The position numbers were made by a program, and so were the translations under genes. A stretch of DNA of 59,536 bases, the filler included, from Dugesia japonica (Eukaryota): NCBI GenBank assembly GCA_001938525.1. It is 5 parts of 5 records of this genome, joined end to end, with 100 filler letters (N's around TTAATTAATTAA, not from the genome) between each part and the next. Parts side by side here need not be neighbours in the genome. Positions count along the whole stretch, not along the records: positions 8,752 to 19,650 come from MQRL01575104.1; positions 19,751 to 35,856 come from MQRL01531396.1; 3 more parts are not named here. One strand, given 5' to 3'. Below the pieces are notes generated by a model. That model was given only the letters and a program-made list of their open reading frames with translations. It had not been told where the DNA came from and did no database searches. Shown here one piece after another: positions 14,151 to 26,884 of the stretch. Numbering within the stretch: the first letter of the stretch is position 1; the number at the start of each line of letters is the position of its first letter.

Positions 14151-14846
14151 GGAATAAGAAGACATTTATAATAGTGGAATATAATTTACCTTTAGATAAA
14201 TTTAATTGAATTTGAGGAAATTGCAAATTTATTGTTTGAAAATAATGTCTGATAAATTGAGAAAATAGTTATTGCATTAGTTGGTTCAGTTTTTACAAAA
14301 TGTTTTTATCATGCTTATTTAAAATCAACTGTTTTATCGTCATTTATAATTATTTATGTAAAAAAATATAACAACAGGAATTAAATTATTAAAAAAACAC
14401 GCAATATGATATAATCGTTAAAGTCACTTTCCGTTGATTTAAAAATCGAAATTAATTTTAGATCTATAATTGCCTATTGATTTTTATAATCTATCAATAA
14501 TATTGTAGAAACATTAATTAAAAAAAGTATTGAAATTTCCACAAATATTCAACATTCAATGATGTAAACTTGAAAAAAAATAAACAAAAGATACCATCCC
14601 ATTTTATGAAGAAAAAAATAGTAAAATTATTTTGATTTTGAAGTTTAAATTTTCATGCTTTTTCTATTAATTTACTGTGACAGAATTCATAGTAAAAATC
14701 AAAAGTCAGAAATATAGTATTAATAGTTAACAGTAATTATTTCTTCGTAAATTTAAATTCACAATTCATCGTTTTAAAGTAATAAATTATTACTAATAAT
14801 CTTTAACATTAATAGAAAGATCGTTTATTATTTCAAAATAACTAAT

Positions 14847-15778
14847 TTCTGATTGGTGGAAAATCGATAACACACATCAATTATTGATGATCAATATGCA
14901 ATATCGAAATTAACAAACAATCACAAATTATTCAAAATCATTTTGAATAACATTGAACATTTTAATTAGCTAAATTTTAGCAACATTGAAATAGATTGAA
15001 AATTTTATTTCAATAGAAACTAATGTTTAACAATGGGTAACTCATTAATAAAATAATTAATTGACAAAAAATAAACATTTTTATTGTACTTTTATTATCA
15101 AAGACATCAAATTTTATTCGGAATTAATTATTTTAATGTNAAATTGCTTCCAGTCAACATTTTACCATTTTCGAAAATGATTTTACATATCTTTTAAATT
15201 ATCGTTTTTTTCCATTAAAAATTTTGTAAACTGGAATCTTTTTTAACACACTGATTATCAATTAAAGTATTTAACTATTAGTTCCCAGAAGAAAATTCAT
15301 ATTAGAGATATTTAATTAAATTGATAATTACTGTAACATTTAATTTAAAGTCTATTAATATTTTTTCAATATTTTTATGTTAAGATATGATAATTTTCAC
15401 TAATAAAACATTAACATTCTAGAAGTGGTTTAAGATATATATTTCTAATTACGATCACAAATTTCTAAACATATTTTTAAATTAATAAAAGTGTTATTGA
15501 TTGATAAAAAAATTAATTTATCTTTAGTAGAAAATTAAGAAAAATACAAAAGTAATGATAATAAATTTATTATGTATTTCAATCTCATTATGATGTCTTA
15601 TTTTATATTAATATGTTTCGATCTAATTGTCAAAAAAACTCTGGTCTGATTGGTTAAAAATTGATAACACGCAATATTGAAATTAATAAACAATCACAAA
15701 ATTTTCGAAATCATTTTTTGTAATATTGAACATTTTAACTAGCTAAGTTTTAGCAACATTGAAATAGACTGAAAATGT
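14847..15778 (+). repeat. ~150-bp direct repeat pair (14847-15003 and ~15645-15778)
   Basis: tctgattgg..aaaat.gataacac...gcaatat.gaaattaa.aaacaatcacaaa...ttttagcaacattgaaataga.tgaaaat occurs twice. Confidence 0.75.
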
Positions 15779-16455
15779 TATTAACGAATATTTTTTAAAA
15801 AATTTATTGCGCTAGTTTTTGCACGACTTTTATATGCAACATATTAACCACTGATTTTCTACTATAAATACTTTATTACAAATGATAAATAATAAAATAA
15901 ATGATGTTTTTATCAATAATTTAAATTATATTATTTTATAAACTTATCAGTCCATAAATTCGTGCGTATTGTATAACATGCTTGATTCTTCACATTATAA
16001 ATATTAATTCATTTAAAATAAAAGCTTCGATCAAAATTTTTGTTTTTTTATTGATATTTGATAACAATTCAAATGTTATCAAAATATTTATCAAATGTTA
16101 TGAATTGTTATCAAATATCAATAAAAAAACAAAAATTTTGATCGAAGCTTTTATTTTAAATGAATTCTGTAAAACTGTCAATGGTTATATTCAACAATTA
16201 TTCTCGCAATAATTGCAATTGTAAAACATATAAATATTAAACTGAATAAAATAAACTTATTTTAATAAATTCAATCCTATTTGTAATCTAGGACCATCAG
16301 GTGGTAAAATTATCACTAAATTTTATAAGCATCAAACGCAAATAAATATTCTTTTATAATGGAAATCGACAATGACAACAAGCGCCATGTTCTTTATGTT
16401 TTGTTTTTGGGTTGCGAAAATGCAATTTCTTCCGCATCCACCTTTTTTCCAGATA

Positions 16456-17538
16456 CAGTGTAACCTGCTTAAACAGAACAAAATTCGGTCCCATTTAATT
16501 GGCTTTACTAAGCTTAGTATTATGATTTGTTCTGTTTAAGCGAATTTGTTTAAACAGAACAATTTTATTTATAATTTTTTCAAATTTTATTTTGCGATTT
16601 GTAAATTTAATAATTTTTTTATTTATAATAATTTTAATTTAAAATCTGCTACAATTTAGTAAAAATTATAAGAGCCACAATGTCAACAAAAAAGAAAAAA
16701 ACTTTTAACTCTGAAAGAAAAATACGAGATTCTATATCAGATTGATACTGGAGTCAAGCAAGCCAATTTAGCACGAAAACATGGAGTCTATCCTTCTGTT
16801 ATTTCTGCTTTGAAAAGCAATCGAGAAAAAGTATTTGATGCTATCTCAACTCGAGCAATAAATACAAAGAAGGTAAAGAACACTCCTGTTGGAATACAAT
16901 GATATTGGACGCTTGGGAACGAGTTTCTATTGAAAAAATTTCCAATTGCTTTCATCACACAATTTTGAATCGGCAATCAAATGTTTCCGAAACTTCAAAN
17001 NNNNNNNNNNNNNNNNNNNNNNNNNNNNNNNNNNNNNNNNNNNNNNNGTTATCTTGATAACTATTTCACAATTGATGATTTGGAAGTGATTAGACTCGAA
17101 GAAGAAACTAAACTAAAACATAGTTCATCTGATATCTCTGAACTGGAACCGTATGAAATGAAGAATATAATTAAAATTAGCGATACTTTGCAAGCTATAA
17201 GAATTATTAATGAGTACTATTTCAAGGAAAATAGCAAAGACTACATCTATACCCATTTACTGAATATTGAGAATGATGTCCGAGACGAATTTCTTAATGA
17301 AAAGACAATACAGAGATAAATTTCTAAATATTTTATTCAAAAAAAAATTATCCAGCCTTTATGTCTTTTAATTTTAAGTTAAAGTTGATTTTATGGTTTT
17401 TAATCTATGCTGTATTATGCAATACTTTTTTTAATTTAGAATTCATTATTTTGCTTATGCCGTTTAAACAGAACTTTCGCTTAAACAGGACCAACTTTTT
17501 TCAGTCCCGATCTTGTTCTGTTTAAGCAGGTTACACTG
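16456..17538 (+). mobile_element. pogo/Tigger-like element, internally deleted, intact TIRs and TA target duplication
   Basis: TA-CAGTGTAACCTGCTTAAACAGAACAA ... TTGTTCTGTTTAAGCAGGTTACACTG-TA. CENP-B HTH remnant LTLKEKYEIL...QANLARKHGV.PSVIS and C-terminal KTIQR*ISKYF; the DDE core is missing. Confidence 0.92.
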
Positions 17539-18367
17539 TATTACACCAAGTAGTTTTCATTTATTTTTGGCAATTCAAAATTTCTTGTTTGGAAAATAAA
17601 TTCATACAAAAGACGAACTCAAAATAGAGGTGTTTGGAAATCTGCTACAAATTCGGTTTCCTTTTATGCAGATAGTATTAAAAAACTTCCTGTAAGATAG
17701 TAGAAAACAATGGAAAATATATGCTTTATTATCGTATATTTATATTTTTACACAAATTTGATAGACTGATCTAATATTTAGAATATTTTTCGGCAATAAG
17801 CTATTTAAACAAAAACATTTAACATTCATATTTTATTACTTATAAAGTGTTTTTTTAATATTAATAATAGTTTTTATTTTTAATCATTTTTTGTAATTTT
17901 AATTTTGTATTTAATGTTAATTAATTGACTTATATCGTCATGAATCCGTAAAAATGATATTCAAATTTGAAATTTTTATTTATTTCTTTTTAATATCTTA
18001 TATATTGACATTTAAAAGATTTTCTTGTGATCAGATATATTTCTAGTAAATGAAACATTCAAAAATTTAGTTTAAGATAAATATCTAAATAATTAGGTCA
18101 TAATTATTGGTATATAAAATATATTGAAAAAATTAGTGTAATGAAGAAGAAATATTTTGCCATGTAGATAAACAATTGCATTTTTCAAAGGTAATCATTA
18201 AATTTTTGAACGATAATATCGAAATCTGTAATAATTACTAATTTTACTTTTAAAAAAAAGCTGATATATTTAATTAATTAATTTCATTAAAATAATTATT
18301 AGGTTGATGCATAATAATCAACTACAATTACTGCTTCCCATTTGCTTGGCAGCAGGTCGATTCCACG

Positions 18368-19650
18368 CAGTGGTGTATTGGGGCCGGAACGACGTTCCGG
18401 TACTTTTTTCAGAACAGGAACGCCGTTCCAATACTTTTTTTCAGTAGGAAATTGTTTTTAATTACAACTGAAAATTATATCATTTGCTTGATCATTATAT
18501 ATATAGTTAAAATAAAGATATAAGTGTTTAAATATTATTGGAGTCAATCATTTTCAAAATTTAATTTAGTTTAATTATATAAGCATAAATATAAGAATAT
18601 ATACAATTAATTCTTGAAATATTATTTCATAAAATCTATAATAAAAATTAATTTGTTATATTTAAGATTATAAATGAGCAAAAAACGTAAACAACCCACT
18701 TTGGACAGTATCTTCGAAAAAAAATTTAAAACGCAACAAAAAGAAGATGTAAAAGTGCTAGAAAACAGGAAAAGTCAAATGGACATCCTATCAACATAAA
18801 CAGAAAATTTTCAAAAAGAAGAAGAACCACTATTAATAAATTGGTCGAGTATTTGGACTACAGATACGATCTTCGAAAAGAAAAAAATATTCTTGGCTAA
18901 AATGCGATTCCGGAAAATTAGGATGTCTGACTTGTTCAGCTATTCAGACTTTAGGACCTTTAAAGACGCAGGAAGTAAGCATCTCAAAAGAATGGAGTGG
19001 CACTAAGGTATCAGCTTATGGAAAAGATAAAGCTTCACAACTATCTTCTTTGCGGATAAAAATATGTGAACATTATAAAAGTTTTTCACATACAACAGCT
19101 TAGAAAATCTTAAAAGAATCAGACAAGCAAAGGATTGAAGTTATGGTAGATAAGATGGATGATTCTGAAATTTGTAGCACCAGTAAGGTTTTTAGAACTG
19201 CGTATTATTGCTAAACATGATCGCCCATATTCTGATCATTTCTATTTATTAAATTTTCAAGAAATAAATGGATCTATTATAGCTCACGGATTACGATCTA
19301 GATTAAGTGCTACAGAAATAATCAATCATANNNNNNNNNNNNNNAAATCCAAAATTTGTCAACAAATATTAAAAATTCAAGGAAATTTATCTATTATCAT
19401 AGATGAATCTACCACTTTAAGTAAGAAGTCTGGACTTATTATTTATTTAAAATGCGAAACAGATAAGATAAAAGATGCTCATTTTGTGTGTCTTGATTTA
19501 ATTGAATTGCGGGATCAAACAGCTAAAACAATAACAGAATGTCTCTTAAAATGTTTGGGAAAAAATGGTTTTGATTATAATTATTTAAAGCACCATTTAA
19601 TATCATTTACAAGCGACGGGGCCAGTGTTATGTTAGGAAGAAAATCCGGA
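18368..19650 (+). mobile_element. hAT transposon 5' part (ZNF862/KIAA1586-type transposase), degenerate and cut by the contig end
   Basis: CAGTGGTG... end with ccggaacgacgttccgg palindrome; LGCLTC...H zinc motif; SIIIDESTT and FTSDGASVMLGRKSG. Confidence 0.88.
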
Positions 19651-20744
19651 NNNNNNNNNNNNNNNNNNNNNNNNNNNNNNNNNNNNNNNNNNNNTTAATT
19701 AATTAANNNNNNNNNNNNNNNNNNNNNNNNNNNNNNNNNNNNNNNNNNNNTACATGTCGAACATTTTACCATTAACCAATCAATAATCTAACACTCTACT
19801 ACTAGATTACTCAATAAAAACTTTTATTGAAGCGAGATAATAAAAATAAAAAATAATGAAAATAAACCAATGGAAATAGTTTACTAACGGTCATATTAAA
19901 CTTAAAGAAACAGCGAGTAAATGAACCCAGTAAACTATTGGAACAATGAGCCAATGATNNNNNNNNNNNNNNNNNNNNNNNNNNNNNNNNNNNNNNNNNN
20001 NNNNNNNNNNNNNNNNNNNNNNNCATAGTAAGATGATTGATGTATTAAGCTGATAGGTACAGTAAATCAATAAACTCAGTACGATATTTTGAAGATTGAT
20101 AAAATTGAAATAGCGACTTATATTATTATCAATCGGGGATTCTCTTATATAAATCACCTTGAGGAACAACCAATAATATCACAAAGGATTGCTTATATCA
20201 TTATCTTTGAGTGTTCGGCTAATTTCATTTCATTGAATCTAATGCAGACGATTGTTTTCATTAGTCCTTTTACTGCGTACTTATTTGTTTACTAAACTTT
20301 GTTTTTTCATTTCGTCAAGAATAAGTTTTGGCGATTTTTAACCATGTTGTTCAGGATCAGCGTAACATTTTCTATCAAATAAGTGCGCTGATTTTAAAAT
20401 TATAAATTTTACCGAAAATGACTTCGAGGATATCCTGTGAAGACTGATATAAAAATTTACATGCTTTGAAAACAAAAATTAGTTTTAAAAATTTTGAAAA
20501 CTTGAATTGGCATTTCTTNGGAATTTTCNCGAAAAAACCAATTAAAAATCATTAATTTCAGTTAATTTAAACAAATATTGATTTCCCAGTCAATCAAGTA
20601 GTTTGTGACGTAAAGATGACGAGAATGAAATTGTTATGTAATATTATATGTATTATTACTCATTTACAATAAACTGTATGTTAATAAGTAAGTAGGAAAT
20701 GCAATTCGCAAGTAGGATATATTTCTGATAATTAAATATTAATT

Positions 20745-20920
20745 TGACCCATATGTAAAATTGTGATTAATATGACCCGTTTGTATGTTGAGATTGATGT
20801 GACTCGTATGTATGTTGAAATTGATCCGACCCGTATGTATGTTGAGATTGATGTGACTCGTATGTATGTTGAGATTGATGTGACCCGTATGTATGTTGAG
20901 ATTGATCCGACCCGTATGTA
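20745..20920. repeat. 24-bp minisatellite (gacccgtatgtatgttgagattgat-type); second array at ~21812-21950
   Basis: About 6-7 near-identical units per array; source of the spurious SHQSQHTYG ORFs. Confidence 0.9.
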
Positions 20921-22159
20921 TTGTTAGATCTTCTGGGGAGAAATAACAATTAATTATTTAATCTGACTCCAAGTAAAATATGAGAATTATATGCGCGTAA
21001 GGTATTATATAAAAATGAAAATAATAATAAATCACTAAGATAACACGTTAAATTTTATAAAAGCTTTATTTTAATATAAAACAAAATTAACAAAAATTAA
21101 AAATAATAAAAACCGATTGATTTTTGGGATTTAGCAATTTACTGCTCTATTTAAATTTTATAGAAAGATAACCGGAACTACAATACCGTCCTGAAAAGTT
21201 CTGAATGGTGGACCTAATATTCCTCACCACACGTGTTAGTTCAAGATGTGTAATTTAGATAATTTTNNNTAACAAATCACAGATAATATATCAGTGCTAG
21301 AACCACTGTATTATTATCTGACAATATCCAAAATTTTTAAAGAAACAAATAATAATCTAAACAGATTTATATTTGTTCTACAAATACAAAAATTATTACC
21401 TTTACTGCTAGTAATTAGCTCCTTTAAATTTTTACTGCTTTTTAGCCGAACTGCTAATTTAGCTAAAATTTATGTCTGAAAAGTACTGATTTTCAATCAG
21501 TATTTATACTAAATTTAAAGAGCATGTGTGTTAATACACATAAGAAAAAATTAAGGAAAAATATTCATTATCACTAAATATAGAAATAATTTATTTCTCG
21601 ATTAAGGAACAAAAATATTGATTAATTTTTTATTATTTGGGTTACTATATTTAGTAATTTATAAAATTCTTTTTATTATATTGAATGACCTTAAAATTTT
21701 TAATAAATTGATAAGTTTAAACTAACAGAAATTTTTGATAAATTAAATAAAAAATTTTGAATAAATTAATAAATTAAATAAATTAATGTAAGCTTAGCTT
21801 ACAACCCTAACAGTATGTTGAGATTGATGTGACCCGTGTGTATGTTGAGATTGATGTGACCCGTATGTATGTTGTGATTGATCCAACCCGTATGTATATT
21901 GAGATTGATGTGACCCGTATGTATGTTGTGATTGATCCAATCCGTATAAACATTGTGAATTATATAATATATTTCTCGAATTAATTATATTCCCCATATA
22001 TATATTCCATATATATATTCCCCATATATTATATTCCCCAATCACTTATATTCCCCATATTTAAGAATGCAATTGGTGTTTAATTGACACTTTTATTATA
22101 ATATAATTTTATTGAATTGAATTTAGTTCTCGAGACTAATACATTAGGAAGAAGCGTAA

Positions 22160-22830
22160 AAAGGAAAAAAGATTTTGGTAGGTTGGATGCAATAACAGAA
22201 AACAAGAGTTCTCCTTGCCGGTTATTGAAGAAATGTTAGATACTTTGAATATAGTAACGTATTTTAGCTCAACAAACANAGGGAGTCAATATTACCAAGT
22301 GAAACTGGAAGTTAATTTATCTGTTAGGTCAATATTGTTTTAAAATGATTCGTTTCAACATAGCGGCAACTCCAGGAACGTTCCAGGAAATTATAATGAA
22401 AGTGATTGATGGATTAGATGAAGCAATAGTATACTTAAGCGATGTATTGATATTTACAAATGGCAAGGAGAAACATTTTGGAGAAATTGAGAATGTATTG
22501 ATAAGGATTTCAGAATCGGGATTTTGAAATAATTTTGAGAAAAGTTCAAAACAAAAGAGATAAAATGTATAGAAGAATTTATCAATTAGGAATGTGTCAA
22601 GATAGGTACAATGAAGATGAATGCGATCAAATCGTTTGAAGAACCTCAATGGTTTAAGATACTTCGTTGTTTTTAGGCACTTTCAGCTGGTACACCGAGC
22701 TTATGAAAGAATGTTCAACGAAGACTAGGGAAATACAGAAGTTACGTTATGTCCAGGAAACACAAATTTGATGTGGTCGGCATAATGGACAGAAATAGTC
22801 GAAGAATTGAAGATGCTCTAATATTTAAAG
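22160..22830 (+). pseudogene. Ty3/Gypsy reverse transcriptase fragment
   Basis: ATPGTFQEIIMKVIDGLDEAIVYLSDVLIFT (decayed YxDD) with stops and frameshifts. Confidence 0.8.
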
Positions 22831-24393
22831 GATTACTTTAACCTTGTGTACCTGTTTGGGTAGTTGGGACAATCAATTAATTAATCAGATAGTTGGAATC
22901 ATTTAATTTCTTATGAATTCTGTGGTAATTATAAAATTGTATTGTTCTATATGCTATTTACCTATTTTTTTATTTTAAGTAACAAAAGTAAAGAAAAAAA
23001 ATAATTTTAATATTAAAATACAATACTATTAGTACTCATATTAATACTAATAGTAATTGTAAATATTGTAGATAGCGATTTTTAAATTTTTTATGTCTTA
23101 TAACGGGAAAGGATAATTATATTATATTCTATTATATTATACACCACTTATATTGTAAACCTATTTAGAAATTAACTTTTATTATTTTGATTAGTTTTTA
23201 TGTTTTTACTAAACTATTTTATATGCCAGAAGAATTTGTAGGCCCAAGACAGTCACCAAAAGAAATGTGTCTGCGTAGGGAAACTTGGGATGTATGTTGT
23301 ATTAAATAGTTAATTTTTAAATACAATACACGGGATACAAATTTGAGAATGGGTGGTAACAAAATTAATAAAACTTTATAAACAAATTTATTTACCGATG
23401 AAACTAAATAAAAAATTTACTGTTTTTTTCTTGAATTGGGAATTATTCCGTAGATATGATTGCTATGATGTTTATGAATTTATTTTTGATAGAATTTAGC
23501 TCAAACAATTAAAATTGTGTATAGGGTTTGCCAACCGATTAAAACTGGGTTTTTCAATGACAGCCATAAACGTAAAACCCGGGTTTTCTAGAAAAATAAC
23601 TGGATAAGTTTTTAAACTGCATTTAAAACGGATTAACTTAAATTTTACACTAGACAAACTACTAATTCTCAATTCTATAATTTTTATTGGAAATTCTAAT
23701 GTAATAAATCAGAAATAGTATTTTTTGCAAAATAAACGCAATCTTGAATAAACATCAGTAGGATATAACATTAAAAAAGTCTATTCACTCAACAGAGAGT
23801 TTTTCTAACATATTCGCCAAAAACGGAAATACTTAATTTTTGTAAGCGGTTATTAGAAAGATTTTTTCAAATACAATCAGAACCAAAAAGTTTGGTGGAC
23901 GTTGAGGATAATGAGAATAACATAACAATTGTGAATAATGAATTGTGTGATTAATACTAATCGCATCGATCCCTTTTTTGTTATAAAGTTAAATAATAAT
24001 TATGATTTAATATATGTAATATGATATAATATAATAATACATAAAACACGTATATTTATATACGCACATATAATAATTTAAAAAAATAATAAAATAAAAG
24101 TACATCACAGTAATCATAACAATAATAAAAATAATAGTAAAGATCAGTTTAAATAAAAATAACTTAAGATAAAATTTAATTTTTTTTATAAATAATTAAT
24201 TTATAAATAAATTAATTATATAAATAATTATTTTTCATGCTTCCGAGCAAATTGGGTTGAACAATGATATAATTTTCCCATTATTATTAGAGCAATATGG
24301 AAATAGTATTTTATTAACAACAAAATTTATTGATTATTTGAAATTATAATTGAAATCAATAAAAATAATAAAAAATAATTCTGCATTTTTATA

Positions 24394-25334
24394 GACTTGA
24401 TGGATTTGAATTAATTGAAAAATTAGGTAAGGGAGCATTTGGCAGTGTGTACAAATACAGAGATAAGGAAAAAAATAAAATATTTGCATTGAAAAAATTT
24501 AATTTGTCTACAGATTCTACTAATAAAGAAACCTTTCAAAGAGAAATTGATTGTTATTTAAGATTAAAATCTCATCCTAGAATTATAAAATATGAAAAAC
24601 ATTTCATTGTAAACCGTAAATCGTTTATTCTTATGGAATATATGGAGAGAGTAATTAATGAAATTAATCAAAATAATTAAATTGATTATGCAGGGCAGTC
24701 TTAGATCATATATGAAAGATAAGGATCCATTTTCTGAACCTAGAATTGCTAGATATGCTCAACAAATATTGGAAGGTCTGGAATATCTTCATTATAATAG
24801 AATATTGCACAGAGATCTGAAAGGTAAATCAATATTATTTGACATAATAATGTTGATATTTGATAGGAGATAACATATTGTTGAATGAGAATGATAATTT
24901 GAAATTGTGTGATTTTGGATTGGCTAAGATTTTGAAAGATCTTTCTAGTGAAGATTTATTAAATGGTGTTGTCCTATCAACAAAAGGCACTCTCAATTGG
25001 ATGAGTCCAGAAATAATCAATGGTGAGCTATGTGGACCTGCTAGTGATATTTGGTCATTTGGTGCTACCATGGTGGAAATAGTAACAAGTATGAAAATAA
25101 TTTGAATCAAACTATTTCTATATGAATAATTAAGGGAAACTTCCTCATGATAAATTATATCATGGTCCAATGGTTTCAAATATTCTAGCAGGAAAGATCA
25201 TATTTGATTATCCAGCAAATAGTAGTGATGATATGAAATCATTCATAAATTCTTGTCTGAAAAGAAATCCGAAAGATAGAGCAGGCATACAAGATTTGTA
25301 TCAAAAGTCTTTTCTGACATTAATCCAGAGCTAA
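24394..25334 (+). CDS. Ser/Thr protein kinase, STE/MAP3K-like (kinase-domain exons; 5' exon unresolved)
   Basis: [48 protein letters not shown] and SDIWSFG across four exons separated by ~43-nt GT-AG introns; stop at 25332-25334. Confidence 0.92.
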
Positions 25335-25519
25335 GTTTGTGAGTTCAGAATGCAATTAATAAATTTATTGGTTTTGAGTTTCTTTTGGTTTGAATGTTTG
25401 GCTACTTTAATTTACTTTTCTGTTTGTTCTTTCGGTCTTCCATCGATTTATTTATTTATTTATTGCCCCGTTAGTAGTTAGATAGGTAGGCGCCTGTACC
25501 CACCACTCTCGCTAACAGA

Positions 25520-25910
25520 TATCAAGTGGCAGCGAAATTTATATGTTTTCGTTACAAATGTAATTTTCGACTTTTCATTAGTCTTACTGTTCAAATTTTG
25601 TACAATCTGGTATCCAAAGGTCTTCTGCATATCAACTTCTCCAATCAGATCTGTCGTCACTTTTTCTGCAACTAAGAAAGTAACCTCTTTGCAAACGTCA
25701 TCAATTGTCAATTGAGTTCTCATTTTCCCAGCAATTTCAAGTGCACTGTCGTTTGAACACCGAGATCCTTCATCGCTCATCCAGATCTCGTAATATATTC
25801 AAACAACTCAAACTCATAACGTTAATTCGAGCTCCTGTGTTTAAAATATATTCAACATTATTTCACTGAATTGATACCTTAACACTTGGTCTGCCTTGCA
25901 ATTTATGGTA
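25520..25910 (-). pseudogene. Ty3/Gypsy aspartic protease fragment
   Basis: LQGRPSVKV...ILNTGARINVMS (decayed LDTGA) followed by FLV..TTDLIG; resembles the relic at ~5300-5420. Confidence 0.65.
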
Positions 25911-26004
25911 CGAAAGTAGAAGGATGCATACGCACTGTCTCAGATAATTGACAAGTCACTTCACACATCAATAAATTTTAATTAACAGCGAACATTAATT
26001 GACA

Positions 26005-26350
26005 ATGAATTAATGAAGCGTGAGCGTCACGAACGGTTGATATCATTAAATTAATGAAGCGCGAATGCCACTGACGAAAAGTAATTATTGAGATAATTAA
26101 TATATGAACCATGAGAGTCACTTCCGGAAATTGTTTTCAAACATTAGATTAATGAAGCGTGAGCATTACTTTATTATTACACAAAAATTTATTTTTCCTA
26201 AATACTTTAATTGACTTTACAAGATATAGATAAAGAATTATTTTAATCAAAATGTCAGACTATTGATACATATAATAACATTTATGAACCATGAGCATCA
26301 CTTCCGGATATTGTATTCAAACATTAAATTAATGAAATATGAACGCCACA
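26005..26350. repeat. Short repeated motifs (attaatgaagcgtgagc; atgaaccatgag..tcacttccgga), probable subterminal array of element A
   Basis: Four or more aattaatgaa(g/a) units, and a ~60-bp block duplicated at ~26103 and ~26283. Confidence 0.55.
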
Positions 26351-26884
26351 CACTATTTGACTTGACAATGATGAGCCTCATTATAATTATTTTATTAATC
26401 AATACTATTTTTCGACAAGTCCTAATTTTTACAGGATAATTATCGTTTAATTTTTTTTTAAGAAATGATTAAAATTAAACAAGCCATACAAATCTTTATT
26501 TACACTTAAAAAATATAACATTTTTTGTTATTAACATTATAATTTATAATCAAATTATTATTATTTTTTAATTATTAAAAAAATAAAAATTATCATGTTA
26601 AAAATACAAATTTTAACTTAACATTAATATATTATAATTATTATTTTTACTTTTAATTATTAAAAATTCTAAGGATAAAATATATAGCAATTTCAACCTA
26701 AAATATCATAAAAATGTATATATGTAATCAACAAAAAGTAAATTAAAAATTTTATTCATAAACACATCACAATATCGTTGTTTATCGTTCACATCATATT
26801 TTTTTTCTTTGTCTCTATCTTCTGCATTTGGTTGCCTATTATAACAATTATTTTATTTTTTTACTTTGGTTAAATGTAATTATT

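Noticed and set aside
13849-14226. Poly-Leu ORF (and poly-Tyr/Leu tail of 11485..12282)
   Set aside because: Translation of (TAA)n microsatellites and N gaps.
20745-21950. CRISPR-like array or His/Gln/Ser repeat protein
   Set aside because: Tandem units lack unique spacers, there are no cas genes, and the context is eukaryotic; the ORFs are by-products of a 24-bp period.
23223-23291. Possible first exon of the kinase (MPEEFVGPRQ...)
   Set aside because: Its splice phase does not match the 24394 acceptor without another exon that I could not identify.
25473-25480. AGTAGT as the left terminus of Polinton A
   Set aside because: It is followed by a Gypsy protease fragment, and no matching inverted end or TSD was found.
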